Shown here piece by piece: positions 26,441-36,585 of a stretch of DNA of 64,000 bases. The position numbers and the translations under genes are program-made. The stretch's first letter is position 1; each line of letters opens with the position of its first letter. The stretch is from Okamejei kenojei (lineage: Eukaryota): the NCBI GenBank assembly GCA_035221665.1, contig CM069165.1, forward strand, positions 22,382,001 to 22,446,000, in the 5' to 3' direction. The notes under the pieces are model-generated. The model was given only the letters and a program-made list of their open reading frames with translations. It was not told the DNA's origin and did not search any database.

Positions 26441-26922
26441 TCAACATTCCTCGACGAACACCACGTTAGAGCTGTAGAGTTTTCTCTTGATGATCCGGAA
26501 CCTGGGGCTGAGCCGGAGGGCTTGGCTGTACCCCGGGGTGAAGGAAGGACCCGAAGTCAAGAGGTCCTGGACCTTGGACCAGAAGCCCCCTTCCAGCCTC
26601 AACACCAGGGCGAGCTCGAAGGTGGGCGCCAAGCTGCCGTCCACCACGATGCGGTCCACGTCCTTGCACACGTGGCCGTCCTCCACGCTGAGGTGCAGCA
26701 CCGCTCCCCGCAGACCACAGGGCTCGCTGGCCGCCAGCCGCAGCAGCTCCTCCGCCACCTGGGCACTCAGCTCCTCGGGGATCAGCAGCTTGAAGCAGTG
26801 CAGCGCCACGCGTTTGGCCTCACTCAGACTCTGCTCGATCAGCTGCATCACATCGGCGCACAGCAGCTCCTCGAACGGGTCGTCAGTGACCGAGTCCCGG
26901 TCAGACTCCAAACTCCCGTAAT
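26441..26922 (-). CDS. DDIT4: DDIT4/REDD1 (RTP801) last coding exon, drawn with the most distal acceptor
   Basis: RTP801_C motifs ELLRLAASEPCGLRGA, PTFELALVLRL, FRIIKRKLYSS...EEC*. The EEC ending favours DDIT4 over DDIT4L. Acceptor ttgcAG|AT, phase 1. Confidence 0.92.
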
Positions 26923-27449
26923 CTGCAACATTCAGAGTGGCAACAGAAAGGATTAAACTCCCGTAATCTGCAACATTCAGAGTGGCAACAGAAAGGATTA
27001 AACTCCCGTAATCTGCAACATTCAGAGTGGCAACAGACAGGATTAAACTCCCGTAATCTGCAACATTCAGAGTGGCAACAGAAAGGATTAAACTCCCGTA
27101 ATCTGCAACATTCAGAGTGGCAACAGAAAGGATTAAACTCCCGTAATCTGCAACATTCAGAGTGGCAACAGAAAGGATTAAACTCCCGTAATCTGCAACA
27201 TTCAGAGTGGCAACAGAAAGGATTAAACTCCCGTAATCTGCAACATTCAGAGTGGCAACAGAAAGGATTAAACTCCCGTAATCTGCAACATTCAGAGTGG
27301 CAACAGAAAGGATTAAACTCCCGTAATCTGCAACATTCAGAGTGGCAACAGAAAGGATTAAACTCCCGTAATCTGCAACATTCAGAGTGGCAACAGACAG
27401 GATTAAACTCCCGTAATCTGCAACATTCAGAGTGGCAACAGACAGGATT
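26910..27449. repeat. Minisatellite, 12 x 45 bp, spanning the DDIT4 intron/exon junction
   Basis: Unit AAACTCCCGTAATCTGCAACATTCAGAGTGGCAACAGAAAGGATT recurs every 45 bp from 26910 to 27405; an A>C variant occurs in units 3, 11 and 12. Confidence 0.97.
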
Positions 27450-27477
27450 TAAAAAAAAACCTGTCTTTACAAAATGT

Positions 27478-27758
27478 TAAATGGTTCATTTAAGACTGAG
27501 GTGAGAAAAAACTTTTTTACCCAGAGAGTTGTGAATTTGTGGAATTCCCTGCCACAGAGGGCAGTGGAGGCCAAGTCACTGGATGGATTTAAGAGAGAGT
27601 TAGATAGAGCTCTAGGGGCTAGTGGAGTCAAGGGATATGGGAAGAAGGCAGGCACGGGTTATTGATTGGGGACGATCAGCCATGATTGCAATGAATGGCG
27701 GTGCTGGCTCGAAGGGCCGAATGGCCTCCTCCTGCACCCATTTTCTATGTTTCTATGT
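27478..27758 (+). mobile_element. CR1 LINE 3' end in the DDIT4 intron
   Basis: FKTEVRKNFFTQRVVNLWNSLPQRAVEAKSLDGFKRELD; tail (TTCTATGT)n. Confidence 0.85.
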
Positions 27759-29194
27759 CAGCTCGACAGATTACAAAACCTACACCAAACCCAAACCAAT
27801 TAGGAGCAGACGAGGGCATTCGATCCAATTTGAGATTCCAGCTACCAAGACAGATGTAAGTAAGTTTTTTTAATTCATATACCACTTTTAAATCAAATGT
27901 TTAAGCCAAAGTGCTTTACAGAGGAAAAAAAATAGATTACCATACATCCATATAAAATAAAAAGGAGAAAAAAGACCCAATACACCATAGGATTAAACAT
28001 GAACATCCCCCCACACAGCAGAATCAACACATTTAAGCATTTAATGTTTAAGAAGGAACTGCAGATGCTGGAAAATCGAAGGTAGACAAAAGTGCTGGAG
28101 AAACTCAGCGGGTGAGGCAGCATCTATGGAGCGAAGGAAATAGGCAACGTTTCAGGCCGAACCCCTTCTTCAGACTGCTTCAGATGTGTACTTCTCCCCC
28201 TCCCCCCCGCACAATTAAAGCATGGAATAATCATCACCCTACCAGATGCAACTACATTTAAGGTAGCTCTTTCTTCCCCAAAACCCTTTCTGGCTTAAGT
28301 CCTCCCTCCACCACCTCCAGTTTACATTCCAATTTGGAATATTTTGGAGGACCAAGGAGAGACCAGATTAAAACTAGCAGGGAGGACAGGCAACAAGGCC
28401 AACTGCAGATGCGGGGATTTTTCCAGCAAAACACACACAAAAGTGCCGGAGGAACTCGGGAGGGTCAGGCAGCATCCAGAGGGAATGTTTTAAGGAAATA
28501 GGCAACGTTTCGGGACGAAACCGCAGCGTTACTCCGCCACTTTGCGTTTTAAAACTGCCACGGAATTGGGCAGCTAACAAATAAACATTGCTACAGGCAA
28601 CGGGATCATTCAAACTGGGGTTAAACACATTTAAAGCACGCAGGACACACGGAGCGGAACCGTCCATTCGGCCCATCGAGCCTATTAAGGTGTCCCCCCA
28701 AGTCTCCAGTTTCCCCTCTATTGACTAAACTACCCCTCTTCACGCCCCAGTGTTAAATTAACACATGCGAGGAAAAGCAATGTTACATTTAAGAGTGTAG
28801 AAAGGAACCACTGGAAGATGTTAAAGAAGGAACTGCAGATGCTGGAGAATGGAGGGCGACACAAACCTGAGTTTCTCCAGCCTCTTGTGTAACTACTGGA
28901 AGATGCTGGGTGGGTTTTAAAAGATAAGACAGAGACACTAAACGCTGGTGTAACTCAGCGGGCCAGGCAGCATCTCTGGAGAAAAGCAATAGGCGACGTT
29001 TTTCACACTGGGAGTGGGGGAGAGGGAAGCGAGAGATTGGCGTTGTGTTGGGGCCGCACACACAAGACAGTTACACCGGCTGAAGAAACGTTTGCCCAGT
29101 TCCTTCGCCCCGCAGATGCTGCTGCACTAGAGTAGACTTTAGTCTACCTTCGCTTCTGAAACAATGAGACGGGCGCTGCTGCGATGCCACTCAC

Positions 29195-29417
29195 CGCTGT
29201 CGGTGTCCAGGTCGGGCTCGGCTTTGCGCTCGGGCTGGCACCGCGGCTGCTGGTGTTGCTGCTGCTGGTGTTGCTGGTGGTGGTGGTGGTTTTGGTGGTG
29301 TTGAGCCGGGGAGCCGCCGGTCAGGTCGGCGAATCTCTGCAGCAGCTTCCCCCAGGATGCGGGGAGCAGAGGCAGAGGCGGCGGCGCCGGGGGGGCTGCG
29401 GCTCGTCCGTGACACAT
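29195..29417 (-). CDS. DDIT4: DDIT4 first coding exon
   Basis: ATG at 29417 (aagATGt); MCHGRAAAPP...SWGKLLQRFADL (resembles the fish REDD1 N-terminal motif as I recall it)...DLDTDS; donor G|gtgagt, phase 1, joins exon 2 in frame (705 nt, 234 aa). Confidence 0.85.
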
Positions 29418-29439
29418 CTTCAAGTGGTGGTGGTGGTGG

Positions 29440-29630
29440 CGGAGTCACGTCAGGACACGACTGTTGCCAGGCGGAGTGGCGAGCGTCCGCGACCCGCGAC
29501 GTGCCTCTTATACTGGGCGCAGCATTGGCTACACCGCCCACAGCTCCGTATAAGGAGCGGCGCTCCATCCAGCAAAGTAACAAGCTCATCCCGGCCAATC
29601 CCTGCTCCCTGCACGTTCCCCACGTCCCAA
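29440..29630 (-). promoter_or_regulatory. DDIT4: DDIT4 core/proximal promoter
   Basis: Minus-strand TATAAG 29507-29512, CCAAT 29524-29528, GC box 29534-29539, CArG-like 29546-29555, two ACGTG cores at 29612-29616 and 29621-29625; CpG-rich. Confidence 0.75.
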
Positions 29631-30063
29631 ACCCTCGCCTCCCTCAGACACACCTTGTACCCAGCGATTATAGAGGAGCCAGCCGCCTTTGTGCCCACCC
29701 CCCAAAGATCCATAGCCAGATCTTTGCCCACCCCAGCCCGATTCAAGCAAGGACCCAGAGCAGCATAGGAAATAGGTGCAGGAGTAGGCCATTCAGCCCT
29801 TCGAGCCAGCACCACCATTCAATGTGGTCATTGTACTGTATATCTTTATTATCATGTTTCCTGAGCACTTACATACCCAGAGGAAAACGAAAAAACGTGG
29901 CTCAACCAGTGTCCAGTCAGTGTGCGGTAAAAAAAAATGCATAGAAATAAAAATAAAAATACATATATCATGAGTTCCAGTCGGCAGCGGCAGGACAATG
30001 GCTCTGCTTCAGTGTGTCCAGGTTGGTGGTTGGTCCGATCATCCAAAGTCACTCAATCATTCA

Positions 30064-30220
30064 GTTGGATGTGGCCCTTGTGGCTAAGGGGATCAGGGGG
30101 TATGGAGAGAAGGCAGGTACGGGATACTGAGTTGGATGATCAGCCATGATCATATTGAATGGCGGTGCAGGCTCGAAGGGCTGAATGGCCTACTCCTGCA
30201 CCTAATTTCTATGTTTCTAT
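30064..30220 (+). mobile_element. 5'-truncated CR1 insertion with 16-bp TSD
   Basis: TSD GTCACTCAATCATTCA at 30048-30063 and 30221-30236; CR1 3'UTR and TTTCTATG tail. Confidence 0.85.
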
Positions 30221-30554
30221 GTCACTCAATCATTCAATCAAGGCTGGAGAAACTCAGCGGGTGCAGCAGCATCCAAGGAGCGAAGTGGACAGGCGACGTT
30301 TCGGGCCGAGACCCTTCTTCAGACCCTCAATCGACCTTTATTGTCATCTTGCAAAGCAATAGTTGTACAGTGCAAAATGAGAAGACGTTTCCCAGGGAAT
30401 ACCAGAGCATCGCACATAAACCTTAAAACATTTCACACGTTTAAAAAAACAAAAAAAAACAATCCAGTCCCTGATAAAAACAATACGAATAGTTAAAAAG
30501 TGCAGGTAAAAAACAGCAACATTAAACTACAAGTAAAAACAGTCATAAATTGAC

Positions 30555-30802
30555 TGAATTCCTGCATTTTTCCCCATAATCCCTTGATTCCTTTAGCCCT
30601 AAGAGCTAACTCTAATTCTCTCTTGAAAACATCCTGTGAATTGGCCTCCACTGCCTTCTGTGGCAGAGAATTCCACAGATTCACGACTCCCTGGGTGTAA
30701 ACGTTTTTCCTCACCTCAGTCCTAAATGGTCCACCACTTATTCTTAAACTGTGACCCCTTGTTTTTGGACTTCCCCCAACATCAGGAACATTTTTCCTGC
30801 AA
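30555..30802 (-). mobile_element. CR1 LINE fragment
   Basis: RKNVYTQGVVNLWNSLPQKAVEANSQDVFKREL. Confidence 0.8.
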
Positions 30803-30999
30803 CTCGACCCTTACTTTACCCATTCCCTCTCTCCAGAGATGCTGCCTGTCCTGCTGAGTTACTCCAGCATTTTGTGTCTATCTTCAGGCAAGGACAGAAC
30901 AGGCACAAATATGTTGGAAGGGATTGCAGATGCTGGTTTACACCGAGGACAGACACAGCGGGACAACAGCATCTCAGGAGAGCAGGAATGGGTGATGTT

Positions 31000-31435
31000 T
31001 CAGGTCGAGGCCACCAGGGGAGAGGGAGACTACCAGACTATCAGCATCCAGGTGTGAAAACGACAGATCAAAGCAGACAATGGAAGTGTAGAATGGTTCA
31101 TTGTTAGCTGAGGGGGATGGTGACAACGAGGCATACAATCAGAAAAAATAATCAGGAGGACAGTGAAACTTGTTGGAGAACTAGGTGGGGGAGGGACACG
31201 GAGAGAGGGAGGGAAAGCAAGGGTTATTTGAAGGTTACACAAAAAGCTGGAGAAACTCAGCGGGTGCAGCAGCATCTAAGGAGCGAAGGAGATAGGCGAC
31301 GTATCGGGTCGAGACCCTTGAAGCTTTTTGTGTAACCCTCGATTCTCCAGCATCTGCAGTTCCTTCTTTAACACAAGGGTTATTTGAAGTTAGAGGAATC
31401 ACTATTCATATCCCGCTGGGTTATAAGATGCCCAA
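31000..31435 (-). mobile_element. Penelope-like fragment with a nested short foldback insertion
   Basis: Endonuclease end remnant near 31380-31435; duplicated CAAGGGTTATTTGAAG flanks the inner insert (about 31218 and 31374). Confidence 0.55.
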
Positions 31436-31498
31436 GGACAGGTCAAGCAGTGCTCAGCACCTCACTGCGACCAGGATCTTTTAGTTTTGTTTAGAGAT

Positions 31499-31643
31499 CT
31501 TCTCCTTCTTCTTCTTACGTATGGCGTGCACAGCCTAAAGTTGTCGGACAACTTGTTCTATTAGATCTTATTTGATTGTGCACGCCAGGTTGATTGCATT
31601 CGTCGAAACAGGGCGGACCACGTGAAGGTTGCAATCTCCCACC
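31499..31643 (-). mobile_element. Short retroposon with (AAG)n tail, inserted in a SINE tail
   Basis: (TTC)n at the left end; GTTTAGAGAT duplicated on both sides. Confidence 0.5.
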
Positions 31644-31925
31644 CGTTTAGAGATAATGTGTGGAAGCAGGCCCTTCGTCCCACCGAGTTAACATTCACAC
31701 TATCCTACACACGCACACACACACACACACACTTAGGGACAATTTACAATTATACCAAAGGCAATTAGCCTCCAAACCTGTGGAGTCTGGGAGGAAACCG
31801 GATATCCCGGTAATAACCCACACGGTGTCAGAACGTGCAAACTCCGTACAGACGGAACCCGTAGTCAGGATCGAACCCGGGTCTCTGACGCTGTGAGGCA
31901 GCAACTCTACCGCTGTGCCACCCTC
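31644..31925 (-). mobile_element. tRNA-derived V-SINE
   Basis: A/B boxes (TGGCACAGCGG; GGTTCGATCC) and V-like core on the minus strand. Confidence 0.7.
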
Positions 31926-32342
31926 CCGCTCTCAGCTTTGTTCAGCTTTAAGCCCTGCTTCCTTCACATGTCCCGCATTAAGTCTTTGCAGCTTTTTTTT
32001 TCTAGTATGGGGGTTTTTTTTTTAAAAAACCTTTTGTTTCAAATTTGCAGATCTGCAGTGTGTGGTTTTGTTTTGTGTGCAGTTTGTTCTGGGCCTGTAG
32101 CCAACAGCAGTTTGTGCAAAGGAGAGAGAGAGAGAGAGAGAGCGAGAGTGAGAGAGAGAACCAGCAAGAGCCTGGGACACCAAGTCCTTGGCATTTCGCC
32201 AGCAAGCGAAAGGCTGTGCTCGGCACGTCGTTAATCAACTCAGTTCAGTACAGTACGCTTTCCCTTGCGGCTTTGCAGAAACCTTCATAACATAATCCGC
32301 AATGCAACGTCAAAGTAATGCGAGGCAGATGTGGATTGGACA

Positions 32343-32348
32343 GGGGGT

Positions 32349-32404
<56 letters not shown>
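32343..32404. repeat. Poly-G homopolymer (about 55-60 nt)
   Basis: Visible run; its length may be a sequencing artefact. Confidence 0.8.
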
Positions 32405-32405
<1 letters not shown>

Positions 32406-34637
32406 GCCTTATAGAACAGTTCAGTAAACAGACACAAAGTGCTGGAGTAACTCAGCGGGTCAGGCAGTATCTCTGATGAATTACTATCTTCGGTATCAAA
32501 CCAGTATCTGCAGTTCCTTTCTACACATAGAACAGTACACAGGACGGATACATGGGCTACAATGTTCGTTCCCAACACATTGCTAAGTTAAACTAATCTC
32601 ATCTGTCTGCATATGATCCATATCTCTTGTTTCACTGTACTCCCATTTATCCAAAAGCCTCTTAAATGTCACTATCGTCTAAGTATCTTGATAAATAATT
32701 TTAAAGTTCATACAGCAGAAAGCCCACAGAGCAACCAGCCCCCGCATATTGACCTAACTGGGCATGTATCATACTTGCATTTCAAAGGCAGTTTGCAATA
32801 TTTTTAATAATGAAGCATGAGAAACCTACATTTACAGGGGCATTATCCGATCGTTCAAAAGCATCTTAGAGTATTTACTCTGTTTTAAGTACAGCGATTA
32901 TTCATGATCAAGCCAGCAAGGTCCCACAGGTAGGAATAAAATAAACCATCTGTAATTAGTTGTCAAATGTTGGGGGAACCTGCGATTATCTCATCAACAA
33001 CATGCATTTACATTCAGACATGAGCCCCAAGAGTATGCACAGGTGACATCAGTGTTGTGGAGATGCAAAAACACAGTTGAACATTTTGTTTAAGAAGGAA
33101 CTGCAGATGCTGGAGATTCGAAGGTAGACAAAAGTGCTGGAGAAACTCTGCGGGTGAGGCAGCATCTATGGAGCGAAGGAAATGGGCCGAAACCCTTCTT
33201 CAGACTGATGTAAGGGTGAGGGGGGGGAGGGGAAGAAGAAAGGAAGAGGTGGAGCCAGTGGGCCGAGGGAGAGCTGAGAAGAGGAGGAGAAAGCAAGGAC
33301 TACCTGAAATTAGAGAAGTCAATGTTCATACTGCTGGGAGAACATTTGGTGGGTTGCAAAACAAAAAAAATAAATGCCCCAGTTTTAAGAAGTCAGCTGT
33401 GAAACTGTCCTTGAAAGTGGATTCGAAATTCACTCCATTAACCTGACTACAAACAGGTCTGAGGAAAGGTTCTGACCCGTAGGTCACTCATCCTTTTTCC
33501 CCAGAGATGCTGCCTGACCCGCTGAGTTACTCCAGCATTTTGAGTCCACAGTATAAAGCAACATTTGCAGTTCCTTACCACACAAATATGGGGACTAGCA
33601 TTTGTGTACAGTATTGAGGAAGTGTTCTGCTGTTGGCGGAACTGTGCATGAGGTGTTCAAACTGAAACCACACGTCTACCATCTTGTAAACAATTCACGG
33701 GCATTGGAGCCACAAGGAACCGCAGATGGCGGTTGTTGCACAAAAGGACACAAAATGCTGGAGAAACTCAGCAGGTCAGACAGCACCTGTGGAGAACATG
33801 GATAGGTGGCGTCCTGAGTTGACAGCCTTCTTCCGGCCATGAGCATTTTTTTGAGATGAAGAAAGGCCACCATCACTGAAGACGGATGCAAAATGTTGGA
33901 GTAACTCAGTGGGTCCGGCAGCAACACTGGAAGAAAGGGATAGGCGATGTTTCATAAGTCATAAGATCATAAGTGATAGGAGCAGAATTAGGACATTCGG
34001 CCCATCAGGTCTGCTACGCCGTTCAAACTGAAGAAGGGTCTCGACCCGAAACGTCGGCCATTCCTTCTCTCCATAGATGCTACCTCACCCGCTGAGTTCC
34101 TCCAGTATTTTGTGTCTGCATTCAATCATGGCTGCTCTATCTCTCCATCCTAACCCCATTCTCCTACCTTCTCCCCAAGCAGGGGTCGGGTCATTGCAGC
34201 TTGAATATTTATTCCACAACGAATGTAACCAAAACCAACCAGTCAAGTATAATTGAAAATGATTTTAAAAAAAACTGCAGGTGCTGGAAATCTAATATAA
34301 ACACAGAAAACACTGGAAATACTTAGCCGGTCAACCTGTTCCACTCCGCACTGATGTGGCTGTACCTGACCTGCTGAGACCATCTGGTATTTTCTGATTT
34401 ACTCCAGTCACAATTGCAGTACTGGTTTTAGGAGCCTGTTTACAAATTTGCTGCTGCAACTTCCATCTTCCAGCAGAGATTGTATATTAAATATAAAAAC
34501 ATGGAGAGATCACGTGGCTGCAAACACTGCTGTAAAAAACCTGCAAGCTTTTCTTCTGACAGAGGAGGAGGAGAAGTTGGGGAGTTCTATGGAGCGCACT
34601 CCTGCCGACTGCAAAATAAGGATTGATGTGCAAGAAC

Positions 34638-34925
34638 GTTTAGTTTAGTTTAGAGGTACAGCACAGAAACAGGCCCTTCGGCCCACCGAGTCTGTGCCGG
34701 CCAGCGATCCCTGCACACTAACACTATCCTACACACACTGGGGACAATTTACACATACACCAAGCCAATTAACCTACATACCTGTACGCCTTTGGAGTGT
34801 GGGGGGGGAAACCCACGCGGTCACGGGGAGAACGTGCAAACTCCGTACAGACAGCACCCGTAGTTGGGATCGAATCCGTGTCTCTGGCGCTGCAAGGCAG
34901 CAACTCCACCGCTGCCCCACCCGTG
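34638..34925 (-). mobile_element. tRNA-derived V-SINE
   Basis: Same family as 63067-63390; (TAAAC)n tail. Confidence 0.75.
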
Positions 34926-36269
34926 CCGCACAACTTTACAAAATTGATAGGCGTGCGCAGGGAAGATTGAGTAGACGTGTCACGTACTGGAGGGCATAGC
35001 TTTGTGAGGAGAGCAAAGTTTAAAGGAGATGTGTGAGGCTAGTGCTTCACACAGAGTGGTGGGTGTCTGGAACGCATTGCCAGGGGTGGAGGAGGAAGCG
35101 CACACGATAGTGATGTATAAGAGGCATTTAGGCAGGCCAGTGAATATACAGGGAATGGAGGGATATGTGCGCATGCAGGTAGATGCGGTTAATTTAATTC
35201 AGCATCAAGATCAGTATGGACATTGTGGGTCTAAAGGCCTGTCATTTTGCACTGGGCATGAGTGCCTTGAGTCAATTAAATTGATTAAGATCCTGTTCCC
35301 GATCATGCAACAACACAGGGGGGGGGTCCCGATCTGAAACGTTCGACAGGAGAAGGGCCCCGAACCAAAACATGACCGATCCATGTTCGCCATCAATGTT
35401 TGTTGTGTTGGCAACTTATCTGTTTGTTAAAAGACAATGATACTGGATTAGAAGATCCAGCATCTTTGGAGCACCTTCTCCAGAAGGTCTGAAGGTTCTT
35501 CATGTTTCCCAGCCACCAAGGGAGCAGCAATAAACGCTGGCTTTGCCAGTGAACATCAGAGCCAAATAATAAATAAATAAAAAGCCGTGACTTGATAGTG
35601 AAACTGTTGTTAGATTTTTTTTCTTACTTGGCTTGGCATCTGATTTACCACAAAGTTGACAGCATTCGGCTGACAGACGTTTTAACTGAATCCATTGATT
35701 TACAGTAAAACGACTAAAAAACAGATATTCACGCTGTGTTGACTGTGCAATTTTGGACTCACAAATCCCCTCAAGCACTTTAGATGGTGAGCTGCTGAAG
35801 CGGAGGTTGGACGGAGTTATGTAGGTCAGAGCTGATACTGGGAAACCGAGAGTTGGCGGGAGCAGGTGCGAGTGGTTGAAAGCTGCAATGGTGACGAGGA
35901 GCGATCATACCCTCAAAGGAAGTCGTGATGCTGGTTCGACGCAATCTGGTGCCGTGAGAGAGACTGAAATCTGATGAGAGAGATTTGGAGTTTCCAAAAT
36001 TGATCGGCGAGGGCTCGCTTCGGCAGGCAATCCTGCGGGAAGGTAAAAAGACACCAGAAGATCAGGAGGAGGCACAAGGAACTGCAGCTGCTGGGTTCTT
36101 CAGTGAAATACACAGTGCTGGAGGCACTCCATCGGCCAGGCAGCATTTCAGGTGGGAATGGACATGCATTCAAAAAGATAATGCAGATCAAGGAAATCTG
36201 TAATTAAACTAATGATGCTGGAAATTCTCAGCAGGTCAGGCAGCATCAGTAGAGAACTAAAAAGAGTTA

Positions 36270-36585
36270 AAGCCCTGTCCCACTGTACGAGTTCATTCAA
36301 GAGCTCTCCCGAGCTAAGAAAAAATCAAACTCGTGGTAAGCACGGAGAATGAACGTAGCGGATACGACGGAGCTCCGGGACGTCTCTTAGCGGCTCGTAA
36401 CGCTAACGGCAGGTACTCGGGAAACGTGGTAAGCTCGGGAAGACTCGTGAAGGTTTTTCAACGTTGAAAGATGTCCACGAGAGCCCCCGAGTACCTGCGA
36501 GTGGCCATTACTGTAAATCTCCGAGTTTGAATCAGGGCAAACTCGGGAGAACTCTTGAATGAACTCGTACAGTGGGACAGGGCTT
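36270..36585. mobile_element. Harbinger-like MITE with about 40-bp TIRs
   Basis: AAGCCCTGTCCCACTGTACGAGTTCATTCAAGAGCTCTCCCGAG ... CTCGGGAGAACTCTTGAATGAACTCGTACAGTGGGACAGGGCTT; left flank TTA. Confidence 0.8.

Noticed and set aside
26357-26956. Plus-strand 199-aa and 144-aa ORFs
   Set aside because: Antisense shadows of the DDIT4 last exon.
26910-27449. CRISPR-like array
   Set aside because: Units are head-to-tail identical with no unique spacers, in a eukaryotic intron/exon context; it is a minisatellite.
26441-29417. DDIT4L (REDD2) identity
   Set aside because: The LYSS...EEC terminus, LVLRL...W.K.Q.L motif, SWGKL N-terminal motif and linkage to human 10q22 genes fit DDIT4 better.
29184-29944. 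Plus-strand ORFs of about 195 aa across the DDIT4 first exon and promoter
   Set aside because: GC-rich, low-complexity shadows that run into repeat sequence.
32343-32404. Functional G-quadruplex or polyproline ORF
   Set aside because: Homopolymer of unreliable length with no supporting context.
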